Of a stretch of DNA of 64,000 bases, positions 60,201-64,000 are shown in pieces (position 1 is the stretch's first letter; the number at the start of each line of letters is the position of its first letter). The translations under genes were made by a program, and so were the position numbers. Source of the stretch: Octopus sinensis (Eukaryota); contig NC_043013.1 in assembly GCF_006345805.1 (NCBI RefSeq), forward strand, positions 744,001 to 808,000, given 5' to 3'. Under the pieces are notes generated by a model, which worked only from the letters and a program-made list of their open reading frames with translations, was not told the origin of the DNA and did not search any database.

Positions 60201-62551
60201 TGGAATAGTTCAAAAGGAGCATTAACAATTGGATCCCCTTCACCTAAAGCCAGAAAATAACAAAAAAGAAAGAATAGTTGGAAGTCCATGGCTGCAGGAA
60301 AAACATCTGCAAGGAGAAAGAGAGAGAGAGAGATGGAAAGGAAGGGGAGAAAGAGTGGAGAGAGATAGAGACGGGGAAGGAGAAAGAGAAAAAGAGAAAG
60401 GAGAAAATAGAGAGGAGGAGAGAAAGGAAGAGAGTTTTCTTCTTCTAGGTGTGAAGGGAAAAGGAAAATCCTGTTGTTTTAGGATTTAGAGACCATCTTG
60501 GATACAAAATTCTAAATCAGCATCTTCTGCTGGTCCTAAACCAGAAATAATTACTAGTTTTATTTTCTTTTGCATGTTGTTTCTGCTTCCGGAATATTCT
60601 TATTTTCATTTTGAAAAAAAGCAGAAACTGTAAAGAGCTTTCAGAAAAGAATAAAATAAAATGAACACATAAAATTCCAAAAGATGGTCAAGTCATACTT
60701 CTCTCAGTAATTCTCGTTTTTTGGCAGCAAAATCTTTTTCTTTTTCACGTTGAATCATAGTTTCCATCCGCTCTTTTTTCTCAGTCTAAAAGTGAAAGTT
60801 TTACAAAAGTTAATTAACAAATAATTAATAAAATACACAATATTTTAATACAGATACAGGCATGGCTGTGAGGTTAAGAAGCCAGCTTTGCAATTGTGTA
60901 GTTTTGGGTTCAATCTCATTATGCAGCACCTTGGGAATACTCTACCATGGGCTGACCAATGCCTTGTGAGTGAATTTGATAGATGGAAACTGAAAGAAGC
61001 CCTTTGTATATGCACATGGGTGTGTGTGTATGTACATGCATGTGTATGTTTGGGTTTGTTACCCACCACTACATGACAACCAGTGTTAGTTTATTTATGT
61101 CTTAGTAACTTAGTGGTTCAGCAAAAAGCGACTACTGGAATAAGTACCAGGTTTAAGAATTAAGAACTGGAGTTGATTTGTTTGACTAAACTCTTCAAGG
61201 TGTTGCCCCAGTATGGCCGCAAACCAGTGATTGAAACAAGATAAAAGATACAATGACAAAGAAACAAGTAATCCTTTCTACTCTAGGCACAAGGCCTGAA
61301 CTTTTGGGGGGAGGGGATCAGTTGATTAGATACTGTAGTCAAAAGAAATGAAGTGAGCATACTTCACTGGATGTGTAATATTAGTATGTATGAACGACAG
61401 AGTACAAATGATCTGAGAGCAAAACAAGGAATCAGGCTTGGAGTGCAAGAGTATGCTCACTTCATTTCTTTTGACCATCATTGTTATCCTTACTTGAATT
61501 ACTTCCACTTTCTGTCCCCTCTTTCATAATAAGGTTGCTCAAGCATTATTAATTTAGGGTCTGGTTTGGCTGTATGTTACATTTGTATTTAGTTCTTTCA
61601 TTAGTAATTTCTTTAGGTGGCAAACTGGCAGAAACGTTAGCATGCCGGACGAAATGCTTAGTGGTATTTCGTCTATCTTTATGCTCTGAGTTCAAATTCC
61701 ACCGAGGTTGATTTTGCCTTTCATACTTTCAAGATCAATAAAATAAATACCAGTGAAACACTGGGGCTGATGTGATCAACTTGTCCCCTTCCCCACATTT
61801 CAGGCCTTGTGCCTAGAGTAGAAAGGATTATTTCTAATTTCCTTTGAGGTGGCAACCTGGCAGAATCGTTAAGCACTCCGGACGAAATACTTAGTGGTAT
61901 TTCATCTGTCTTTATGTTCTGAGTTCAAATTTCGCCAAGTTCGACTTAGCCTTTCATCCTATCAGGGTTGATAAAATAAGTAACAGGTGAATATTGGGGT
62001 TGATCTAATCAACTGGCCCCCTCCCCCAAAATTTCAAGCCTTGTGCCTAGAGTAGAAAAGACTGTACTGGTTTCATGTACATGTAATACATATGAAGGGA
62101 GACAGTTTGGAAGAAGTAGTGGAGGGCTGCTCTCAAGGGGTTGAACTTTATTAAAAAGTTGAAAAGTGACTGCAACAAATGGCAAAGTGCTGTGAAGGGA
62201 AAGGCTTGTCGAACTTATGCAAGTAAGGGAAAATGAAGATAGAATTATAAAGATAATGGTGGGTTTCTGGATAAATGTCACTCAGAAGGCTTTTATTAAC
62301 CTGGGCCTAGAGAAGATAACACTTTTCCTGAGATGTCACATCCTACTACTACAGTGAAGCTGGTACCATTATTTCAAATAAGACTAAAGAGCAACAAATT
62401 AAAACTAGTTAAAATTGGAATTTTAGTCTCATTAAACAAAAAGAGGAAAACATTTTCACTTCACCTCATCTGTGTAATGAGTTGATTTCTTGGCAGACAG
62501 TTGGCCTGATTTGCTTTTCTCTGGGTGGCTTTTTCGTTTTGAATCAACTTC
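444..62551 (-). CDS. DYNC2I1: Dynein-2 intermediate chain 1 (WDR60), multi-exon gene, partial at both ends; 23 coding exons in window
   Basis: Spliced translation matches recalled human WDR60 motifs in order: FEMSPISQYELYISSFGRANYKQ|AFVQTGDDSIDRDIQTEE..KWTQYP (human [41 protein letters not shown]..WTQHP); VMSVLLEEE; GVWDLKQPSKP; SESQISCCCF; FAGCVDGSILVWDTRE; SFQLLSMDCIGHINIW|VIVEL..GSLTELGLRPGSKVKLV. All introns are GT-AG with matching phases. Exons: 62465-62551, 60699-60785, 59575-59655, 56195-56251, 53594-53650, 51604-51666, 48802-48855, 47325-47477, 33762-33860, 31874-31933, 29356-29400, 27799-28098, 20548-20659, 20326-20420, 17802-17928, 16796-16881, 16131-16207, 14688-14763, 12122-12230, 10479-10551, 8948-8970, 1371-1435, 444-562. 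Confidence 0.92.
1371..1435 (-). CDS. DYNC2I1: DYNC2I1 exon (LEPEVSFQLLSMDCIGHINIW), phase 1 to 0
   Basis: Acceptor tttatcttttag, donor GTAAAA; matches human GLSFHIASLDESGVLNVW. Confidence 0.92.
3862..8929. repeat. Tandem satellite array, 86-bp unit, about 59 copies
   Basis: Unit caagtagaatgaagacagaactttcagctggttttatattgaaaagacgtaacctgagttaattagaagaagatgtcttgaaataa; period 86 (e.g. 3865 to 3951); near-identical copies with no spacers. Confidence 0.98.
8948..8970 (-). CDS. DYNC2I1: Putative 23-nt DYNC2I1 microexon (N-LKDSRHL-S), phase 2 to 1
   Basis: Acceptor tattttattttggcag, perfect donor GTAAGTA. It supplies exactly the phase bridge needed between the exon ending in phase 2 at 10479 and the exon starting in phase 1 at 1435. 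No protein-level similarity to confirm it. Confidence 0.72.
10479..10551 (-). CDS. DYNC2I1: DYNC2I1 exon (GLMMFTSHHAPVQSICHVPRQSY), phase 1 to 2
   Basis: Acceptor ttaatctttgttcag, donor GTAAGT; resembles human GILTSVNHRSPLQAVEPI. Confidence 0.85.
12122..12230 (-). CDS. DYNC2I1: DYNC2I1 exon (VDGSILVWDTREAESLHQSIHLDGVSYTVRHPAYNT), phase 0 to 1
   Basis: Acceptor tgttctctgcttcag, donor GTAAGT; WD-repeat motif matching human HGSVVVWDLREDSRLH. Confidence 0.94.
12640..12982 (-). mobile_element. tRNA-derived SINE, family C (tRNA-Arg-like head)
   Basis: Minus strand reads tggctcagtggttagagcgtcgagcttacgattgtgaggttatgagttcgaatcctggacc, then the core gtgttcttgagcaagacactttatttcacgttgctccagttcactcagctg. 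Other copies at about 39830-40110(-), 49210-49440(-) and 58960-59200. Confidence 0.85.
14688..14763 (-). CDS. DYNC2I1: DYNC2I1 exon (ILSSESQISCCCFGPSSSKLTFAGC), phase 2 to 0
   Basis: Poly-T acceptor ending cag, donor GTAAGT; matches human [24 protein letters not shown]. Confidence 0.94.
16131..16207 (-). CDS. DYNC2I1: DYNC2I1 exon (AQTKDNINGRNFLGVWDLKQPSKPA), phase 0 to 2
   Basis: Acceptor tttttctttctag, donor GTGAGT; matches human VLCVWDIWQPSGPQK. Confidence 0.92.
16796..16881 (-). CDS. DYNC2I1: DYNC2I1 exon (QSVMHCCCSSTNFTDFLMTVHNDIKMYK), phase 1 to 0
   Basis: Acceptor ttctttgtaacgtttag, donor GTACGT; phase fits both neighbours; aligns with human [20 protein letters not shown]. Confidence 0.85.
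17330..17605 (+). mobile_element. RTE-type LINE linker fragment
   Basis: DRVVKAKKQA*KIWKESDCREHYQMARRAARQQVSLAKGE, homologous to the linker peptide at 34488-34694. Confidence 0.7.
17802..17928 (-). CDS. DYNC2I1: DYNC2I1 exon (VMSVLLEEELPDNNLMVNTSENSSQLAFCTGYFTLSICPLFG), phase 0 to 1
   Basis: Poly-T acceptor ending ctttag, donor GTAAGT; matches human VMAVLLEED. Confidence 0.92.
19600..20295 (+). mobile_element. RTE-type LINE 3' end: ORF2 C-terminus, 3' UTR and (GAT)n tail
   Basis: LREKLDIRSIKCGVQERRLRWYGQVLCMDEDSCVRKC...GRGRPKKTWDEVV, then a UTR with gtggcatgtaaaaagcaccc...ggaagggcatccagctgtagaaac...acccatgccagcatggaaaac and a GAT repeat. Confidence 0.9.
20326..20420 (-). CDS. DYNC2I1: DYNC2I1 exon (NQLNHSEVGNQISKTEFDSVRLNKFLFHATR), phase 1 to 0
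   Basis: Acceptor aaatcattgtag, donor GTAATT; matches human IDTPRLCSFLRAACQ. Confidence 0.88.
20548..20659 (-). CDS. DYNC2I1: DYNC2I1 exon (AFVQTGDDSIDRDIQTEETEMVDKWTQYPPSGHDSAG), phase 0 to 1
   Basis: Acceptor tgtattcccag, donor GTAAGC; matches human [29 protein letters not shown]. The DIQT motif fits the LC8 light-chain binding consensus of dynein intermediate chains. Confidence 0.95.
21702..22857 (+). mobile_element. Penelope-like element fragment: GIY-YIG endonuclease end between long inverted repeats
   Basis: From 21884 it reads CQGCNEDYIGQTKFTLRNRPTIHR*QIRDASTRQIPLSGHIDICAK, then after a frameshift SPKFQVFPLY...NPDL. Arms about 21702-21882 and 22637-22857 are reverse complements (ttgaaaatgcactgagaata...gatgtggcttatgt...ctatttttatagg). 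Confidence 0.78.
25711..26902 (+). mobile_element. Mariner DNA transposon (DD34D), near full length, inactive
   Basis: 22-bp perfect TIR ttgggttggcaactaagttccc at both ends, with TA on each flank (25709-10 and 26903-04). Transposase frame runs from 25796 to about 26830: WVPHAL, TGDEEW, HDNARPH, YSPDLAPTD with 34 residues between the second and third Asp. Start is TTG, stops at 26021, 26480 and 26720, and a C-terminal frameshift (NKGEYIID* lies in another frame). Confidence 0.96.
27799..28098 (-). CDS. DYNC2I1: DYNC2I1 exon, 100 codons (KTPTPPSPRED...YKELRKLIVLD...FEMSPISQYELYISSFGRANYKQ), phase 0 to 0
   Basis: Acceptor aatactcttctag, donor GTCTTT; open for 300 nt; strong match to human LLRLIDLD...[21 protein letters not shown]. 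Confidence 0.94.
29356..29400 (-). CDS. DYNC2I1: DYNC2I1 exon (DNVRIPSATEKTEVE), phase 0 to 0
   Basis: Acceptor tgctctcttattag, donor GTAAGT; positional match to human LEELPLAQKKEIQE. Confidence 0.78.
31874..31933 (-). CDS. DYNC2I1: DYNC2I1 exon (DYSDDFDESLSEPHSKENED), phase 0 to 0
   Basis: Acceptor ctttgtttttacag, donor GTAAAA; matches human DYEDDFE. Confidence 0.88.
32825..32918. other. Long imperfect inverted repeat (37-bp arms, 20-nt loop)
   Basis: aattttaattaacatgaagtgcataagagtgacagga / tcctgccactcttatgcacctgacattaattaaaatt. Confidence 0.85.
32919..33630 (+). mobile_element. Young LINE-tail copy with nine tandem 61-bp modules and (GAT)n tail
   Basis: Nine occurrences of (g/a)cacgtaaaa at about 61-bp spacing from 32952 to 33442, then the canonical tail and a GAT repeat. 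Confidence 0.9.
33762..33860 (-). CDS. DYNC2I1: DYNC2I1 exon (IKEASEANVIEEETVEKRNDSYDNDYDYADDFE), phase 0 to 0
   Basis: Acceptor ttcttttttttaag, donor GTAAGA; matches the human acidic ..CEDDFE segment. Confidence 0.88.
33900..34190 (+). mobile_element. tRNA-derived SINE, family A (representative copy)
   Basis: A box tggctgtgtgg, B box ggttcagtcc, core ggcaccttgggcaagtgtcttctactatagcc, internal (TA)(TG) microsatellite. Other copies at about 12262-12620(+), 19389-19560(+), 29545-29885(-), 40125-40515(-), 47510-47660(+) and 60855-61250(+). Confidence 0.88.
34200..35700 (-). mobile_element. RTE-type LINE fragment: APE endonuclease plus linker, RT missing
   Basis: TLNVGTLKGRSGEIVEMLEQRCVDLCCLQEVR, VVGDFNGHVG, GTRLLEFCDANDFMVCNTNFRK, QIDYILTRKR and AWRCHYERLLNKENEW; several frameshifts. 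Confidence 0.92.
39354..39650 (+). mobile_element. 5'-truncated LINE-tail insertion with 28-bp target-site duplication
   Basis: Flanked by atggaaatacctatgtaagtaagtttaa (39326-39353) and atggaaatacctacataagtaagtttaa (39651-39678). Confidence 0.85.
42317..42322 (-). terminator. Candidate polyadenylation signal (AATAAA) of the acylphosphatase gene
   Basis: tttatt on the plus strand, about 135 nt past the stop codon, followed on the minus strand by a T/GT-rich stretch (atgtttgattttgtgg). Confidence 0.45.
42456..42761 (-). CDS. ACYP: Acylphosphatase, 101 aa, single exon, nested in a DYNC2I1 intron
   Basis: Intact ATG-to-TAG ORF: MTERLTNLVSVDFEVFGIVQGVFFRKHT...GWVLNTYQGTVKG...GSPSSRIDK. Carries the VQGVxFR phosphate-binding loop with catalytic Arg and the GWVxN catalytic Asn. 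Colinear with recalled ACYP1/ACYP2; A at -3 (gcaacATG). Paralogue not assignable. Confidence 0.95.
   Translation of the reverse strand: MTERLTNLVSVDFEVFGIVQGVFFRKHTYEKAISLNLAGWVLNTYQGTVKGNLQGSEANVEKMKIWLCEVGSPSSRIDKCTFSNRQNIPCLEHKGFRIIKE
42762..42870 (-). promoter_or_regulatory. CpG-rich putative promoter / 5' UTR of the acylphosphatase gene
   Basis: About ten CpGs within 150 bp spanning the ATG and upstream region (gacgatc, accgag, acggcgaa, atcgga, cacggcgcgg), against CpG-poor flanking intron. No TSS can be seen from sequence. Confidence 0.5.
44189..44355. mobile_element. hAT-type MITE, 167 bp
   Basis: Ends cagggctggccc...gagctggccctg; 8-bp flanks aatatagc (44181-88) and aacatagc (44356-63). 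Confidence 0.72.
45063..45920 (+). mobile_element. Degraded, internally deleted Tc1/mariner-superfamily element (maT-like)
   Basis: Transposase fragments MVFGVITSDVDVMLPFIFPHGLRLNMEAYIKYLEEVV, WLPNSPDCNPLDYY and CNTKDELKERVIAAFTNLNKETVQKSCRRFHSHLEVMVEANGNFIK; imperfect inverted ends. Boundaries approximate. Confidence 0.8.
46231..46521. mobile_element. piggyBac-type (TTAA) MITE interrupted by a LINE-tail fragment
   Basis: ttaactcttt...aatgctaaagggttaa; (CAT)n tail fragment inserted at about 46287-46347. A related copy in opposite orientation lies at about 38810-39017. Confidence 0.65.
47325..47477 (-). CDS. DYNC2I1: DYNC2I1 N-terminal exon (LRHHEKTVKYNSHVDESPKRKHSGESHKSSRKKEESKPDISPLKQDFPENT), phase 0 to 0
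   Basis: Acceptor tttttctttctcttcag, donor GTAAGA; 51 open codons; charged low-complexity composition like the WDR60 N-terminus. Confidence 0.8.
47833..48028. repeat. 39-bp tandem repeat, 5 identical copies
   Basis: Unit atatttgtcaaacccattcaagcatggagaaaaagggat; explains the 13-aa repeat ORFs in the track. Confidence 0.97.
48180..48480 (+). mobile_element. Degenerate LINE reverse transcriptase fragment
   Basis: GVGPQQGCILSPLLF at about 48433-48477 (RT motif GVxQGxxLSPLLF), preceded by an LEKLYN (DLEKAYD-like) segment. Confidence 0.7.
48802..48855 (-). CDS. DYNC2I1: DYNC2I1 N-terminal mini-exon (GNEKKTKEERRKENSEAS), phase 0 to 0
   Basis: Acceptor ggtttcattgcag, donor GTGAGT; K/E/R rich. Confidence 0.72.
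49595..50430 (-). mobile_element. Composite LINE 3' end with internal duplication and 33-bp triplication
   Basis: (CAT)n, then the tail and 61-bp modules. Segment 49870-50025 recurs at about 50280-50420. Three copies of cacttgcctcaacaggtcttcacaa(c/g)tgtcaca at 50036-50132. Confidence 0.85.
51604..51666 (-). CDS. DYNC2I1: DYNC2I1 N-terminal mini-exon (AETSRKREKKDSKSKHYRYEE), phase 0 to 0
   Basis: Acceptor tttatatcttcag, donor GTAAGT; K/E/R rich. Confidence 0.75.
53594..53650 (-). CDS. DYNC2I1: DYNC2I1 N-terminal mini-exon (RETEKKHRKQKESVKKNEE), phase 0 to 0
   Basis: Acceptor ctgttttcatttcag, donor GTAAAT; K/E/R rich. Confidence 0.72.
53760..54455 (+). mobile_element. Degenerate LINE endonuclease/linker fragment
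   Basis: LAGDFNVKVGEDN at about 53763, then K/E-rich linker-like peptides with many stops. Confidence 0.62.
54599..55328. repeat. 20-bp minisatellite, about 36 copies
   Basis: Unit tacatgtgtatattacataa with cacgtg/catgtg variants. Confidence 0.97.
56195..56251 (-). CDS. DYNC2I1: DYNC2I1 N-terminal mini-exon (ESRKQKHEKKSKSHDIIES), phase 0 to 0
   Basis: Acceptor tttacttgttggcag, donor GTAAGT; K/E/R rich. Confidence 0.74.
57990..58330 (-). mobile_element. Degenerate LINE ORF2 C-terminal remnant
   Basis: GTPEEGKC*KGQPKNICHWAFQEDLK resembles the WxPxxGKRxRGRPKxTW...DL signature. Confidence 0.55.
59575..59655 (-). CDS. DYNC2I1: DYNC2I1 N-terminal exon (EEEEKLRLKQERQAKKEAKKLKSYNYK), phase 0 to 0
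   Basis: Acceptor attttctctgcactcag, donor GTAAGT; coiled-coil-like charged peptide. Confidence 0.8.
59900..60250 (-). mobile_element. Degenerate LINE ORF2 C-terminal remnant
   Basis: KIQPKRRFQWDGIHIKK resembles the RRLxWxGHxxR signature; stops follow. Confidence 0.45.
60699..60785 (-). CDS. DYNC2I1: DYNC2I1 N-terminal exon (TEKKERMETMIQREKEKDFAAKKRELLRE), phase 0 to 0
   Basis: Acceptor actttcacttttag, donor GTATGA; charged helical peptide. Confidence 0.76.
61338..61475. other. Perfect 26-bp inverted repeat
   Basis: gtcaaaagaaatgaagtgagcatact (61338-61363) and its exact reverse complement (61450-61475). Confidence 0.93.
61615..62060 (+). mobile_element. Two tandem copies of SINE family B
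   Basis: ggcagaatcgttagcacgccggacgaaatgcttag...ctgagttcaaattccgccgaggtcgactttgcctttcatcc...caggccttgtgcctagagtagaaa. Other copies at about 165-380(-), 10190-10390(+), 13670-13860(-), 24370-24585(-), 29030-29225(-) and 30920-31100(-). Confidence 0.87.
62465..62551 (-). CDS. DYNC2I1: DYNC2I1 N-terminal exon (EVDSKRKSHPEKSKSGQLSAKKSTHYTDE), phase 0 to 0; most 5' exon found
   Basis: Strong acceptor ttttacccttttaaattcag; weaker donor GTGAAG. No ATG-bearing first exon was found between 62553 and 64000. Confidence 0.66.
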
Positions 62552-64000
62552 CTGAATTTAAAAGGGTAAAATAAAATATTAATTATTAACAACTGATACC
62601 AAACCAGAGATAAAAGAGGGTTTTTTTTACTTCTATATACCACGATGTCTCCCAGATCTTATAACTTTAAATCTGGTTTCCTAGTTAAGAAAAAAGATAG
62701 CTAACAGTACAATATATTTCTTTTCCATAATGTCTAACAATGATTTTTCTCATTTTGTATTGTTTAGAGGATTTACACAAGAACATATAACAAATCTGTA
62801 AACTATAATGTGTCTTGAATGGCACAACAATGCACTATAGTAACAACGGACTATAATAACTAAATATAATTTAGCCATCCATCCTCTGATATAATATTTC
62901 GGAATATAAAAATTCCTTCTTCAGATATCCCTAGGAATTGATTGAGTCACTGCTATAATCAGTATTTCTTTTTCTGGAAGTGTCTCTGCAGTGGTCCCAC
63001 GAAGCTCCTTCCGGAATTCCTCATGAGAAGTGCATGAGGGCAGCCATGTCTCAAGCTCGTGTGTGCTGGCACATCTGTAGCGCTGCTTCTAATTTATGTA
63101 TCATATGTGCAGTTTCCTTTTTTTCTTTTATTTTTGTCATTTCATACCCTCCATCAAGCATCTACCATACTCTGAATGCCTTGCTTCACTGGGCATAGAT
63201 ACATTGAAGTTCCAACGTCTGGTAACTGACTCGGTAAACACCCACAAAATTATTAACCATCATCCTGAACACTTTTTGAGAGAGAGAGTGAGAGAGAGAG
63301 CAGATGTGGATCAGAGGGTGGAGCATGTGTTTGGGTGATATAATACCAAACAGATGGGTGGCCCTTCTTTAGTTGCAACCTAGGCAGTGTGTTGCCTCTA
63401 AAATTCAACCTTAAGTGATAAAGATAAAGGCTGACAGTTCTACAAGCAGCAAGAAAAACCATCCCTCTTATGTACAAGAAGTTCTTTCCCTAAATTTGCT
63501 TAAACTAAAAAACCTCGTTCAATAGTTATGTCAATGAAATCTCAGCTAAAGTCATTGGAATTGCATCATGTATTTTAAAATAATACCTTTTTTCTATACA
63601 TTTCTGTGTCAACAACTCAAGACAACTGTCCAACTGTCGGTGCAAGAGCTTAAAACACAATCTCTTTCATACAGGACACAAAATCTTTAGATTTAGTCAC
63701 TTCTCAATTCTTTTGTGACAATATTTCTAATGATATACACTGTTCTCATGTTCCGATGACTTTTAAAAATAACAAACTTCCTTATTGAGCTAATCTTTGG
63801 AAAACTCTCATCATAATTTTATGTCTGTTTTTCCATGCTAACATGGGTTGGACAAACCTTCTCCAATAAAGCCTCTCTTCACATGTTCTAGTCCTTTGTC
63901 ACCTCCTTTATGAGGCTCAACCTTTTATCAATCAGCTTTCACCACTTCTTATATTTTCTTTTGCCTTCCACTTTGATTGCTTGGTACTTCATTCTTCAAC

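Larger units (their letters stand above)
670..64000. repeat. Dispersed LINE-tail/SINE-like family (about 20 copies, 100-400 bp)
   Basis: Core ctacagctggatgcccttcctaatgccaaccac or its reverse complement with (CAT)/(GAT) ends. Approximate copies: 670-880(+), 2783-2990(-), 9770-10030(+), 11790-11980(-), 14243-14470(-), 17047-17160(-), 21095-21410(+), 23940-24095(-), 25470-25700(-), 38430-38660(-), 40515-40935(-), 46930-47085(-), 51053-51238(-), 52170-52360(+), 53420-53545(-), 63790-64000(-). Confidence 0.9.

Noticed and set aside
60080-60289. Terminal exon of another minus-strand gene (GEGDPIVNAPFELF...)
   Set aside because: It lies between two DYNC2I1 exons, and an alternative frame resembles a decayed LINE C-terminus. 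No recognisable protein.

Overview
AT-rich, repeat-dense animal genomic DNA. The repeat landscape recalls coleoid cephalopod (Octopus-like) genomes, but this is inferred from remembered repeat families, not a search. Almost the whole window is intronic sequence of one minus-strand gene, dynein-2 intermediate chain DYNC2I1/WDR60. I assembled 23 coding exons (62551 down to 444, about 2.1 kb, about 700 codons) with GT-AG boundaries and consistent phases; both gene ends lie outside the window. An intact, intronless acylphosphatase gene (42456-42761) is nested on the same strand inside a 13.5 kb DYNC2I1 intron. Other content: a 5.07 kb array of an 86-bp unit starting 18 nt from a 23-nt microexon, a nearly full-length dead DD34D mariner, a Tc1/maT-like remnant, a Penelope-like GIY-YIG fragment with inverted ends, many RTE-type LINE fragments and LINE 3' tails, at least three SINE families, two MITE types, minisatellites and microsatellites. 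There is no CRISPR array, rRNA or true tRNA gene. Most short ORFs in the supplied track are repeat-derived noise. I found no clearly new multi-gene system; the best leads are the nested gene, the modular phase-0 exon series and the microexon/satellite junction.
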